A DNA stretch of 61,669 nt from Pseudomonadota bacterium (GTDB lineage Bacteria > Pseudomonadota > Alphaproteobacteria > CACIAM-22H2), in the NCBI GenBank assembly GCA_041178225.1, contig JBEGVV010000167.1:1-61669 (forward strand), given 5' to 3'. How positions within the stretch are numbered: position 1 is the first letter of the stretch; the number at the start of each line of letters is the position of its first letter. Under the pieces are notes generated by a model. That model had not been told where the DNA came from. It saw only the letters and a list, made by a program, of their open reading frames with translations, and ran no database searches. Below are positions 22,583-36,229 of this stretch, one piece after another. The position numbers and the translations under genes were made by a program.

Positions 22583-22611
22583 TTTCTATCCCCTCCTCCG
22601 GCCAGGCGCAA
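22583..22611 (-). promoter_or_regulatory. Putative sigma70 promoter of rpsB-tsf
   Basis: TTGCGC-N17-TAGAAA on the minus strand, just upstream of the leader. Confidence 0.45.
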
Positions 22612-22723
22612 GGCCCGGCAACCCCGCGCCGCGGGAGGCCCGTCCCCCTCGCGCGGCGCCCGCACGGGCCGCCTCGCGCGCCGATTGCGCGCGTCGCGCG
22701 GAAGGGCCAGTCTGCGCCCGCCC

Positions 22724-23236
22724 ATGCTGCCACGCCGCCTCTTCGTCGCCGCGCTCCCCGCGACCGCCTTCGCGTCGCCCGCCGCCGCCACCCCGGCCCC
22801 CTCCCCGCGCCATCTCCACGCCACGCGGTCGACCAACACCCTGCACCTGCTCGATGGCGACATGGTCGTGCGCAGCTTCCGCGCGGCGTTCGGGCGCGAG
22901 CATGGCCCCAAGCGCATCCGCGACGACGCACGCACGCCCGTGGGCGACTACATGGTCTTCCCCGCGCGCGCCTCGGCGCGCTGGAAGTGGTTCCACCCGA
23001 TCGACTACCCGAACGCGCGCGACGTCGCCGAGGGCGCCGCGCGGGGCCTGCGCAAGGGGCAGCTCGGCGACGAGATCGGCATCCATGCGCATGGCGGCTG
23101 GCCGCCGACGGACCTGCTCGCCGCGCACGGCATCGGCTGGAACTGGACCGCGGGCTGCATATCGGTCAGCGACGAGGAGATCGAGGTGGTGCGCGCCTTC
23201 GTCGATCGCCCGCTGCCGATACGCCTCGACGCCTGA
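22724..23236 (+). CDS. YkuD / L,D-transpeptidase family protein with Tat-like signal
   Basis: PRRLF N-terminus; GPK...D.RTP.G.Y, IDYPN and IGIH...WTAGCI catalytic His/Cys motif. Confidence 0.85.
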   Translation: MLPRRLFVAALPATAFASPAAATPAPSPRHLHATRSTNTLHLLDGDMVVRSFRAAFGREHGPKRIRDDARTPVGDYMVFPARASARWKWFHPIDYPNARDVAEGAARGLRKGQLGDEIGIHAHGGWPPTDLLAAHGIGWNWTAGCISVSDEEIEVVRAFVDRPLPIRLDA

Positions 23237-23250
23237 GGCCGCGCCGCGCC

Positions 23251-26724
<3,474 letters not shown>

Positions 26725-26804
26725 GGGGTCCATAACGACGGGAGTCGGCGCGCGGGTCAACCCGCGCGCGGGCGCCACGCAGCGAAGGACGGGGAGGAAG
26801 TGCG

Positions 26805-27221
26805 ATGATCGAGAACGTGCTTGGAAGCCTGGCGAGCGGACTGCCCAGGCTCGTCGCCCATTTCCTCGCCGCCGCGGCCATCTACGCGGCCGGCATGGCG
26901 GCGTACCTGCGCCTGACGCCCTACCACGAGCTCGACCTCGTGCGATCGGGCAACGTCGCCGCGTCGATCACGCTGGCCGGCGCGATCGTCGGCCTCGCCA
27001 TCCCGATCGGGATGACGCTCGCGACGTCGGTGAACGTCGCCGACATCCTCGTCTGGGGCGCCGTGTCGGCGATCCTGCAGGCAGCGGCGTTCGGCGCGGC
27101 CAGCCTCGCGCTGCGCGGCCTGCCCGCCGCGGTCGAGCGCGGCGACGTCGCCTCCGCCTGCGTCGCGGCGTCGACCCAGCTCGCAGTCGGCATCGTCAAC
27201 GCCGGCGCCATGGCCGGCTGA
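26805..27221 (+). CDS. DUF350 (YjfL-like) membrane protein
   Basis: LTPYHELDLVRSGNVAA motif, 4 TM segments, terminal G.VNAGAM; GGAGG RBS. Confidence 0.85.
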   Translation: MIENVLGSLASGLPRLVAHFLAAAAIYAAGMAAYLRLTPYHELDLVRSGNVAASITLAGAIVGLAIPIGMTLATSVNVADILVWGAVSAILQAAAFGAASLALRGLPAAVERGDVASACVAASTQLAVGIVNAGAMAG

Positions 27222-27245
27222 GCGCGACGGCCCCGGAGGGCGGGC

Positions 27246-28124
27246 ATGGGCGGGCTCGACCGCGTCGCGCTGCTGCTGCTGCTCGTGGCGATCGCGTGGC
27301 ATGTCCTCGGCGGCGACGACGCGCCGCCCGAGCAGCCGCGCCGGCCCCATCTCGAGGCGCCGCCCCCCGCGGCCCAGCCGCGCCCCGCGCCCCTGCCCGC
27401 CCCGCCGCCGGCCGCCACGGAGCGCGCGCGCCCCCTGCCGCCGCCATCGGCCGACGATCCCGTCTTCCATGTCCGCATCGACAGGCGCCGCGGTCCCTCG
27501 ATCGGGACCGCCTTCTCGATCGATCCCGCCGGGCTCTGGCTCACGGCACGCCACGTGGTCCATGAATGCGAGCGCATCGGCCTGCGCCGGGACCGCAGCC
27601 AGGTCCGCGCGACGGTGGCCTGGGTCCACCCGCGCGCCGACCTCGCTCTCCTGCGCACGCAGGGGGGCACGCCGCCGCTGGCCCTTGCGCCGGCACCGCT
27701 CGCGCTCGGGCAGGACGGCTATGCCATCGGCTTCCCGCAGGGCCGGCCAGGCGCCGTCCACGGCCGCGTGCTGGGCCGCTCCCAGATGCAGGCCGAGGGC
27801 CGCTTCGCCGGCCGCGCGCCGACGATCGCCTGGGCCGAGCGCGGCAGGGAGCCGGATTTCTCCGGCTCGATCGGAGGGATCAGCGGCGGGCCCGTGCTCG
27901 ACGCGCGCGGCCACGTCGTCGGCGTGATCGTGGCGGAGACCCCGCGGCGCGGACGGTTCGAGACGATAGCGCCCGAGGTCCTCGCCGCGGGGGCCAGCAG
28001 GCCGCTGCCGGTCGGCGATCCCTCCGCGCGGGAGGTCGACCTCTCGCCGCGCACGCTGCCCGGCGTCGCCGACACGCTGCGCGATCGCCTGCGCGTCGCG
28101 CAGGCGGTCTGCATCGCCGGATGA
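27246..28124 (+). CDS. Membrane-anchored trypsin-like (S1) serine protease
   Basis: N-terminal TM plus Pro-rich linker; triad LTARHVV / ADLALL / GISGGP; no PDZ domain. Confidence 0.85.
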   Translation: MGGLDRVALLLLLVAIAWHVLGGDDAPPEQPRRPHLEAPPPAAQPRPAPLPAPPPAATERARPLPPPSADDPVFHVRIDRRRGPSIGTAFSIDPAGLWLTARHVVHECERIGLRRDRSQVRATVAWVHPRADLALLRTQGGTPPLALAPAPLALGQDGYAIGFPQGRPGAVHGRVLGRSQMQAEGRFAGRAPTIAWAERGREPDFSGSIGGISGGPVLDARGHVVGVIVAETPRRGRFETIAPEVLAAGASRPLPVGDPSAREVDLSPRTLPGVADTLRDRLRVAQAVCIAG

Positions 28125-28127
28125 CGC

Positions 28128-29069
28128 TCAGCGCGCGACCACCCGCGGCGCGCCGGTGGTCGTGAGGAAGACGCTGTAGAGCGAGGTCGTGCCGCAGATG
28201 AACAGGCGGTTTCGCCGCGGCCCCCCGAACTCGACGTTCGCGACGAGCTCCGGCACCAGGATCTTCCCGATCAGCGTGCCGTCGGGCAGGTAGCAATGCA
28301 CGCCCTCGCCGGTGCTGGTCCAGATCCGCCCCTCGGCGTCGGCGCGGAACCCGTCGAAGAGCCCGGCGCCGCATTCCGCGAAGACGCGCGAGGCGCCGAG
28401 CGAGCGCCCGTCGGCGCGGACCTCGAGCCGCCTGATATGGCGCGGGCCGCCCTCGACGTGGCTGCCGCCCGTGTCGGCGACGTAGAGAACCTTCTCGTCC
28501 GGCGAGAAGGCGATGCCGTTGGGCTTCACGAAGTCGGTGGCCACCGCGTCGACGGCGCCGCTCGACGGATCGATGCGGTAGACGTTGCAGCCGCCGACCT
28601 CGCCCTCGGCCTTCTCGCCCTCGTAGTCGGACATGATCCCGTAGTCGGGATCGGTGAACCAGACCGAGCCGTCGGACTTCACGACCACGTCGTTGGGCGA
28701 GTTGAAGCGGCGGCCCTGCCAGCGGTCGGCGAGCACGGTGACGCTGCCGTCCAGCTCGGTGCGCGTGACGCGGCGCCCGCGATGCTCGCAGCTCACCAGC
28801 CGGCCAAGCGCGTCGACGGTGTTGCCATTCGAGTTGAAGGCGGGCGCGCGGAACACCGAGACCGAACCGTCGGTCTCGTCGAAGCGCATCATCCTGTCGT
28901 TGGGGATGTCCGAGAAGACGAGGTAGCGGCCCGCCGCGAACCAGGCCGGGCCCTCGGCCCAGCGCGCGCCGGTCCACGGGCGCTCGACGCGCACATGGCC
29001 GGCGAAGCACGCCTCGAAGCGCCGGTCGAGCGTGACGAAACCCGTGCCTTCCACTTCGCCGTAGAACAT
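28128..29069 (-). CDS. SMP-30/gluconolactonase family protein
   Basis: WAEGPAW, FSDIPND, NSPNDVV, WFTDP.YG, PNGIAFSPD and DGFR motifs; AGGAGG RBS. Confidence 0.92.
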   Translation of the reverse strand: MFYGEVEGTGFVTLDRRFEACFAGHVRVERPWTGARWAEGPAWFAAGRYLVFSDIPNDRMMRFDETDGSVSVFRAPAFNSNGNTVDALGRLVSCEHRGRRVTRTELDGSVTVLADRWQGRRFNSPNDVVVKSDGSVWFTDPDYGIMSDYEGEKAEGEVGGCNVYRIDPSSGAVDAVATDFVKPNGIAFSPDEKVLYVADTGGSHVEGGPRHIRRLEVRADGRSLGASRVFAECGAGLFDGFRADAEGRIWTSTGEGVHCYLPDGTLIGKILVPELVANVEFGGPRRNRLFICGTTSLYSVFLTTTGAPRVVAR

Positions 29070-29117
29070 CGTCCCCTCCTCGCGCCACGCCATGCGGCGG
29101 CGCGGCCATGCGCCATC

Positions 29118-30026
29118 CTATCCGCTCGCGGCCCCGCTTCCACGCCCCGCGCCGGGCTCGTCGGCGCCGAGGCGCAGGACCTCGACCTCGAAGCCGAAGC
29201 GGCTGTCGGCCGGCTCGAGCGTGCCGCTCACGGGCGCGGCGCGGCGCGGCGACGGCGCGGCCGCCAGCGGCACGTGCCCCTCGGCCGCGAGCAGCCCCGA
29301 GGTCGGGTCGAGGCCGACCCAGCCAGCCCCCGGCAGGTAGGCCTCGCACCAGGCATGCAGCGCCGCGCCATCCTTCGCGACGCCCGCGCTGCCGGCCGGC
29401 TGCACGAGGTAGCCGGAGACGAAGCGCGCGGCGAAGCCGAGGCGGCGCAGCACCTGGACGAGCAGCCAGGACGTGTCGCGGCACGACCCCTCGCCGCGCG
29501 CGAGCGTCTCCTCCGGCGACCGGATCCCCGGCTCGAGGCGCTCGAGGTAGCGGATCTCGCCGGCAAGCCGCCGGTTCAGCGCGACGAGGATGTCGGTCGT
29601 CGGCGCATGGCGCCTGTCGATCGAGGCCATGAATGCGTCGAGCCGCGCGCCGCCGGCGTCGAGCTCCCTGCAGGGCGCGAGCTCGCGCTCGAGCTCGCCA
29701 TCGGGCGCCGCGCCGAAGGGGAACGCCTCCGCCCAGGGCTCGAGCAGGAAGTCGAAGGGATCGAGCGGCGACAGCTCGACGACGAGGGAGGCCTCGATCT
29801 CGAGGCGGTCCGTGCGCTCCTCGAAGACGACGCGCGCGACGCGGTTGGCCTGCGGGTCGCGGTGCCAGCGCAGTGCATGCCGCGCGGGGCCGAGCGCGAG
29901 CGCGAAGGACGACACCGGCATCGGGGCGTGCGGGGCGGGATGGAGGCGCAGGACATGGGGCCCCAGCGCGACGGGACGCGCGTAGCGATACCAGGTGCGA
30001 TGCCGGAGCGCGAAGCGGATGCCCAA
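29118..30026 (-). CDS. Transglutaminase-like protein (bacterial N-terminal domain plus catalytic core)
   Basis: TTG start after GGGAGG; LRHRTWYRY; triad GSCRD / LHAW / GLDPT; RFVSGY. Confidence 0.85.
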   Translation of the reverse strand: MGIRFALRHRTWYRYARPVALGPHVLRLHPAPHAPMPVSSFALALGPARHALRWHRDPQANRVARVVFEERTDRLEIEASLVVELSPLDPFDFLLEPWAEAFPFGAAPDGELERELAPCRELDAGGARLDAFMASIDRRHAPTTDILVALNRRLAGEIRYLERLEPGIRSPEETLARGEGSCRDTSWLLVQVLRRLGFAARFVSGYLVQPAGSAGVAKDGAALHAWCEAYLPGAGWVGLDPTSGLLAAEGHVPLAAAPSPRRAAPVSGTLEPADSRFGFEVEVLRLGADEPGAGRGSGAASG

Positions 30027-30060
30027 GAGATCGCCTCCCCGCCCCGGCGCTGGACGCAAT

Positions 30061-31221
30061 TCAGCCCGGGCGCTTGAACTGCTTGGCCAGTTGCAGGCCC
30101 TGGCGCTGGTAGTTCGATCCGGACCCGGCGCCGTAGAGCCGCGCCGGCAGCGCGGTGAGGCGCTCGTAGCGCAGCCAGCCCACGGTCTGCCCGTGCTCGA
30201 GCAGGAAGGGCACCTCGTGCGAGCGCACCTCGAGCACGGCGCGGCTGCCCTGCCCCTCCCCGCCATGGCCGAAGCCCGGGTCGAAGAAGCCCGCGTAGTG
30301 GACGCGGAACTCGCCGACCATCGTGTCGTAGGCGACCATCTCCGCGGCATGGTCCGGCGGGATGGTCACGGCCTCGCGCGTGACGAGGATGTAGAAGTCG
30401 TCCGGGTCGAGGATGAGCCGCCGCGTGCGCGTGTGGATCGGCTCCCAGAAGTCGAGGATCTCGTAGTGGCCGCGACGGTCGAGGTCGATGACGTCCGCGT
30501 GCTTCTTCGCGCGGTAGCCGACGAGCCCGGTGGCCACGTCGCCGTCGAGGTCGACCGTCACGCCCACGAGGCCCTCGCGGAAGACGGGCTCGCCCTCGAC
30601 GCCGCTGACGAGGCGCACGCGCTTGTGCAGGTCCCGCAGCTTGGTCCCCGTGGCGATGTCCGAGCCGCGCTGGAAGCGGATCTGGGACAGCCGCGCGCCA
30701 GGCCGCACCAGGACGCTGAAGGTGCGTGGCGCGACCTCGAGGAAGAGCGGGCCGTGGTAGCCGCTCTCCACCTTGTCGAAGGAGACGGCGCGGTCGGTGA
30801 TCACGCGCGTGAAGATGTCGAGCCGGCCGGTCGAGGACTTCGGGTTCGTGAGCGCGGAGATCCCGGACTGCAGCTGCACGCGCTCCATCAGCGGGACGAT
30901 GTAGACGCAGCCGCGCTCGAGCACCGCGCCCTCCGAGAGGTCGATGCGGTGCATGGTGAAGGACCCGAGCTTGTCCATCACCGTCGCGTCGCCGGGCAGG
31001 AAGCTCGCGCGCACGCGATAGGCCCAGCGCCCGAGCCGCAGGTCGAGGCTCGCCGGCTGGACCTGGTCGTCGAGGATCGGCTCCTCGGCCAGGACCTGGT
31101 TGGTCGCCATGAGCTCGCGCAGCGCGGTGTCGGCGAACACCCCGGTGCCCCGCGTGGAGGGAGACTGCACGGTCGCGGGTACCTCGTTGAACAATGTGCG
31201 GTAGGTGCTCGGGTCTGCCAT
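30061..31221 (-). CDS. dcd: dCTP deaminase (long alphaproteobacterial type)
   Basis: QPASLDLRLG, NPKSSTGRLD, HYAGFFDPGFG and SNYQ.QGL.L.K.F motifs. Confidence 0.93.
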   Translation of the reverse strand: MADPSTYRTLFNEVPATVQSPSTRGTGVFADTALRELMATNQVLAEEPILDDQVQPASLDLRLGRWAYRVRASFLPGDATVMDKLGSFTMHRIDLSEGAVLERGCVYIVPLMERVQLQSGISALTNPKSSTGRLDIFTRVITDRAVSFDKVESGYHGPLFLEVAPRTFSVLVRPGARLSQIRFQRGSDIATGTKLRDLHKRVRLVSGVEGEPVFREGLVGVTVDLDGDVATGLVGYRAKKHADVIDLDRRGHYEILDFWEPIHTRTRRLILDPDDFYILVTREAVTIPPDHAAEMVAYDTMVGEFRVHYAGFFDPGFGHGGEGQGSRAVLEVRSHEVPFLLEHGQTVGWLRYERLTALPARLYGAGSGSNYQRQGLQLAKQFKRPG

Positions 31222-31265
31222 GTCGGCTTCCTGCGCGGCTGGGTGCGAGGCTACACGGCGAAGCG

Positions 31266-31938
<673 letters not shown>

Positions 31939-31946
<8 letters not shown>

Positions 31947-33189
31947 GGCGCAGCGCCTCGACCGGGTCGAGCCGCGCGGCGCGCCAGGACGGGTAGACGG
32001 TCGCGAGGAAGCTCAGCGCCAGCGCCATCGCCACGACATAGGCGACCTCGACCGGGTCCATCTTCGCGGGCATGCGCGAGAGGAAGTAGATCTCCGCCGG
32101 GAAGAGCTGCCATCCCATCATCGATTGCAGCCACTGGCGGATCGTCTCGATGTTCGCGCAGAAGGCGACGCCGAGCGCGAAGCCCGCCGCGGTGCCGATC
32201 ACGCCGACCGACGCACCAGCCATCAGGAAGATCCGCATCACCGAGCCGCGCGCCGCGCCCATGGTGCGGAGGATCGCGATGTCCCGCGACTTGTCCTTCA
32301 CCAGCATGATCAGCGACGAGATGATGTTGAAGGCGGCGACGAGGATGATCAGCGTCAGGATCAGGAACATCACGTTGCGCTCGACCTGCAGCGCGCCGAA
32401 GAAGCTGGCGTTGGCCTGCTGCCAGTCGAAGACGCGCACGCCCGGACCCGCCGCGTCGGCGATCGCGCGCCTCGCCGGCGCGATGCGGTCCGGGTCCGCG
32501 ACGATGACCTCGACGCCGCTGACGCCCGCGCCGAGACGGAAGAAGACCTGCGCCGCCTGCAGCGGCATGTAGACGTAGCCGGAATCGTACTCGAACATCC
32601 CGACCTCGAAGATCGCGGCGACGCGATAGGCGCGCATGCGCGGCGTCGTGCCGAAGGCGGTGACGTTGCCCTGCGGCGAGATCAGCGTGATCTGGTCGCC
32701 GACGCCGACGCGGAACTTCTGCGCCATCCGGCTGCCGATGGCGACGCCGTCGCCCTCGTCGAATCCTCCCCAGGAGCCGCGCACGACGTTGCCGGAGACG
32801 AGCGGCCGGGCGGCGAGGTCCGCCGCGCGCATCCCGCGCACCATCGCGCCCGACGCGACGCCGTTCGCGGTGGCGAGGACCTGGCCCTCGACCAGCGGCG
32901 AGGCGGAGACGACGCCGCGCGCGCCGCGCACGCGCATCGCGACGGCCTCGTAGTCGGTGAAGCCCCCCTCGAGGCTGTAGAGCGTCACGTGCCCGTTCAG
33001 CCCGACGATGCGGCCGAGCAGCTCGGCGCGGAAGCCGTTCATCACCGCCATGACGATGATGAGCGTCGCCACGCCGAGCGCGATGCCGAGCAGCGAGAAC
33101 CAGGCGATGACCGAGATGAAGCCCTCCTGCCGCCTGGCGCGCAGGTAGCGGAACGCCATCATGCGCTCGAACGCGCCGAAGGCGGCCAT
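31939..33189 (-). CDS. lolE: Lipoprotein-releasing ABC transporter permease LolC/E
   Basis: [36 protein letters not shown] and P.EALR motifs. Confidence 0.94.
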
Positions 33190-33220
33190 CAGCGCGCGCC
33201 CGCGGCTGGGCGGCGCGGCG

Positions 33221-34546
33221 TCATCGCGGCGAGGTCAGCTTGGCGAGCGCGGCGTCAAGCGACAGCTCTTCCTTCGCGCCGCTGCGGCGATCCTTGACCT
33301 CCACCGTGCCGGCCTTCGCGCCGCGCGGGCCGACCACGAGCTGCCATGGCAGCCCGATCAGGTCCATGTTCGCGAACTTCGCGCCCGCGCTCTCCGCGCG
33401 GTCGTCGTAGAGCGGGTCGAGGCCCGCGGCGCGCAGCCGCGCGTAGAGGTCGCCTGCCATCGCGTCGCAGGCCGCGTCGCCGACGCGCAGGTTGATGACG
33501 CCCGCGCCGAAGGGCGCCACCGCCGCCGGCCAGACGATGCCGGCTTCGTCGTGGCTCGCCTCGATCAGCGCGCCGACGAGGCGCGAGACGCCGATGCCAT
33601 AGGAGCCCATCTCCGGCACGATCTTCTCGCCGTTCGGCCCCTGCACGGAAAGGCCCATCGCGGCGGAATACTTGGTCCCGAAGTAGAAGATGTGCCCGAC
33701 CTCGATGCCCCGCGCGCCGACGAGGCGATCGCCCAGGCTCGCGGCGACGGCGGGATCGTGCTTCTCGTCGGTCGCCGCGTAGAAGCCGGTGAAGCGGTCG
33801 ACGGCGCCCTGAAGGCCGGCCACGTCGTCGTAGTCGACCGGAAGGTCGAGCAGGTTCTGGTCGAGGAAGTCCCGGTCGACGAAGACCGCGCTCTCCCCGG
33901 TCTCGGCGAGGATGATGAACTCGTGGCTGAGGTCGCCGCCGATCGGGCCCGTGTCGGCGCGCATCGGGATCGCCTTCAGCCCCATGCGCGCGAAGGTGCG
34001 CAGGTAGGCGATGAACATCTTGTTGTAGGAGTGCCGCGCGCTGGCCGGGTCCGCGTCGAAGGAATAGGCGTCCTTCATCAGGAACTCGCGGCCCCGCATC
34101 ACGCCGAAGCGCGGCCGCACCTCGTCCCGGAACTTCCACTGGATGTGGTAGAGGTTCCTGGGCAGGTCGCGATAGGAGCGGAACGACGCGCGCGCGATCT
34201 CCGTCACCATCTCCTCGTTGGTCGGTCCGTAGAGCATCTCGCGCTCGTGCCGGTCCGTGATGCGCAGCATCTCCTTGCCGTAGTCCTCGTAGCGGCCGGA
34301 TTCGCGCCAGAGCTCGGCCGGCTGGATCGTCGGCATCAGGATCTCCTGCGCCCCCGACCTGTCCTGCTCCTCGCGCACGATCTGCGCGATCTTCGTCAGC
34401 ACGCGATGGCCAAGCGGCAGCCAGGAATAGATCCCCGCCGCCTGCTGGCGGACCATGCCCGCGCGCAGCATGAGCCGGTGCGAGACGATCTGCGCCTCGG
34501 TCGGCGTTTCCCTGAGCGTGGGCAGGAAGAACTGGCTGAGGCGCAA
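33221..34546 (-). CDS. proS: Proline--tRNA ligase (short form without editing domain)
   Basis: TTG start after GGAG; [31 protein letters not shown] and [10 protein letters not shown] motifs. Confidence 0.97.
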   Translation of the reverse strand: MRLSQFFLPTLRETPTEAQIVSHRLMLRAGMVRQQAAGIYSWLPLGHRVLTKIAQIVREEQDRSGAQEILMPTIQPAELWRESGRYEDYGKEMLRITDRHEREMLYGPTNEEMVTEIARASFRSYRDLPRNLYHIQWKFRDEVRPRFGVMRGREFLMKDAYSFDADPASARHSYNKMFIAYLRTFARMGLKAIPMRADTGPIGGDLSHEFIILAETGESAVFVDRDFLDQNLLDLPVDYDDVAGLQGAVDRFTGFYAATDEKHDPAVAASLGDRLVGARGIEVGHIFYFGTKYSAAMGLSVQGPNGEKIVPEMGSYGIGVSRLVGALIEASHDEAGIVWPAAVAPFGAGVINLRVGDAACDAMAGDLYARLRAAGLDPLYDDRAESAGAKFANMDLIGLPWQLVVGPRGAKAGTVEVKDRRSGAKEELSLDAALAKLTSPR

Positions 34547-34590
34547 GGGCTCGCTCCTGGTGTCTGGCGGCGTCTGTCTAGGGAGCCGGC

Positions 34591-34619
34591 AATCTAGGCA
34601 AAGCCCCCGGCGGTGGCAA
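34591..34619 (-). promoter_or_regulatory. Putative sigma70 promoter of proS
   Basis: TTGCCA-N17-TAGATT on the minus strand. Confidence 0.55.
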
Positions 34620-34640
34620 TTTCGCGGCCGCGTCGCGGCG

Positions 34641-35045
34641 TCAGCGTGGCGTTGCGCGGCGGCAGGCCGCGGCGAGCGCGGCGCCATCGCCCTGCCCGAC
34701 CGGCTGGCCGTTGAACATGACCTTCCCGTCGGGGCCGAGCGTCACGCGCCCGACGCCCATCTGGGGCATCGACAGCCGCGAGCCCGCCGGCAGGTAGGGA
34801 GCGAGGTCCACGTTCAGGTCGAACGACAGCGTCGGGGGCAGGAACCGAGGCGCGGGATCCAGGTCGGCTCCAACGACAGGCCTGCCCCTGACATCGACGC
34901 CTGGCGTGTAGGCGACGCCAGGTGCGGGCTGGTGCACCGCCAGCGCGCGGCAGGCGGCACCATCGACCACGATGGTCTGCGCGTGCGTCGGCATGCACGG
35001 CGCAAGCGCCGCCACGGCCAGCAGGAACGGGGTTGATATCCTCAT
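34641..35045 (-). CDS. Hypothetical exported protein
   Basis: Signal peptide; Cys near each end of the mature region; [17 protein letters not shown] motif; coding-like codon usage. Confidence 0.7.
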   Translation of the reverse strand: MRISTPFLLAVAALAPCMPTHAQTIVVDGAACRALAVHQPAPGVAYTPGVDVRGRPVVGADLDPAPRFLPPTLSFDLNVDLAPYLPAGSRLSMPQMGVGRVTLGPDGKVMFNGQPVGQGDGAALAAACRRATPR

Positions 35046-35115
35046 GCGTGCCATCGGGAAACCCGCGGGACGCGGGCGGCACGAGGCCACCTGCGTCCCG
35101 CGGGGCGACCCGTCC

Positions 35116-36204
35116 TCAGTTCGGGATCTTCTCGTCGATCCCCTTCACGTAGAAGTTCATGCTGGCGATCTGCTCGTCGGAGAGATGGCCCGCGCCCTTG
35201 CACTCGACCGTCGTGCCGTCCTGGCGCACGAGCGGGCACTTGAAGGGATGCAGGGTCTTGCCCTTGATCGCCGCCTCGGTGGCCTCGGCCATCTTCTTCA
35301 CGTCCTCGGGCATGTTCGTGTAGGGCGCCATCTTGACCTTGCCCTTGTCGAGGCCGTCCCAGACCGCGCCCGTCGCCCACTTGCCCTCGAGGGCGAGGCC
35401 GACGCGCTCCACGTAGTACGGCGCCCAGTCGTCGATGATCGAGGTCAGCTGCGCCTTCGGGCCGAACTTGATCATGTCGGAGGCCTGGCCGAACGCGAAG
35501 ACGCCGCGCTCCTGCGCCACCTGCATCGCCGCTGCGCTGTCGGTGTGCTGCGAGATGATGTCCGCGCCCTGGCTGATCAGGGTCTTCGCCGCGTCGGCTT
35601 CCTTGCCCGGGTCGTACCAGGAGTTCACCCACACGACCTTGATCTTCATGTCGGGGCGAACGGACTGCGCGCCGAGCATGAAGGAGTTGATGCCCGCGAC
35701 GACCTCGGGGATCGGGAAGGAGCCGATGTAGCCGATCGTGCCGCTCTTCGACATCTTCGCCGCGATCTGGCCGATGATGTAGCGCCCCTCGTAGAAGCGC
35801 GCGTCGTAGGTCGCGACGTTGGGCGCGCGCTTGAAGCCCGTGGCGTGCTCGAACCACACGTTCGGGAAGCGCTGCGCGACCTTGATCGTCGGCTCCATGT
35901 AGCCGAACGAGGTCGTGAAGATGAGCTTGTGGCCCGAGCGGGCGAGCTGCTCGATCACGCGCTCGGCGTCGGGGCCCTCGGAGACCTTCTCGACGAAGGT
36001 GGTCTCCACGCGGTCGCCATACTTCGCGACCACGGCCTTGCGGCCCTCGTCGTGCTGGTAGGACCAGCCGAAGTCGCCCACCGGGCCGACATAGACGAAG
36101 CCGACCTTGAGCTTCTGCTGCGCGGTCGCCGCGCCGGCGCCGATGGCGAGCGCACCGACGGCTGCCGCCGCGAGCGCGATGAAGTTACGTCGCATCCTGT
36201 TCAT
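35116..36204 (-). CDS. BMP-family ABC transporter substrate-binding protein (purine/nucleoside)
   Basis: RRNF Tat-like signal; VGFVYVGPVGDFGW, TTSFGY, PIPEV and QHTDS motifs. Confidence 0.92.
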   Translation of the reverse strand: MNRMRRNFIALAAAAVGALAIGAGAATAQQKLKVGFVYVGPVGDFGWSYQHDEGRKAVVAKYGDRVETTFVEKVSEGPDAERVIEQLARSGHKLIFTTSFGYMEPTIKVAQRFPNVWFEHATGFKRAPNVATYDARFYEGRYIIGQIAAKMSKSGTIGYIGSFPIPEVVAGINSFMLGAQSVRPDMKIKVVWVNSWYDPGKEADAAKTLISQGADIISQHTDSAAAMQVAQERGVFAFGQASDMIKFGPKAQLTSIIDDWAPYYVERVGLALEGKWATGAVWDGLDKGKVKMAPYTNMPEDVKKMAEATEAAIKGKTLHPFKCPLVRQDGTTVECKGAGHLSDEQIASMNFYVKGIDEKIPN

Positions 36205-36229
36205 CCTCCTTCTGGGTGCTTTGGGGGGG

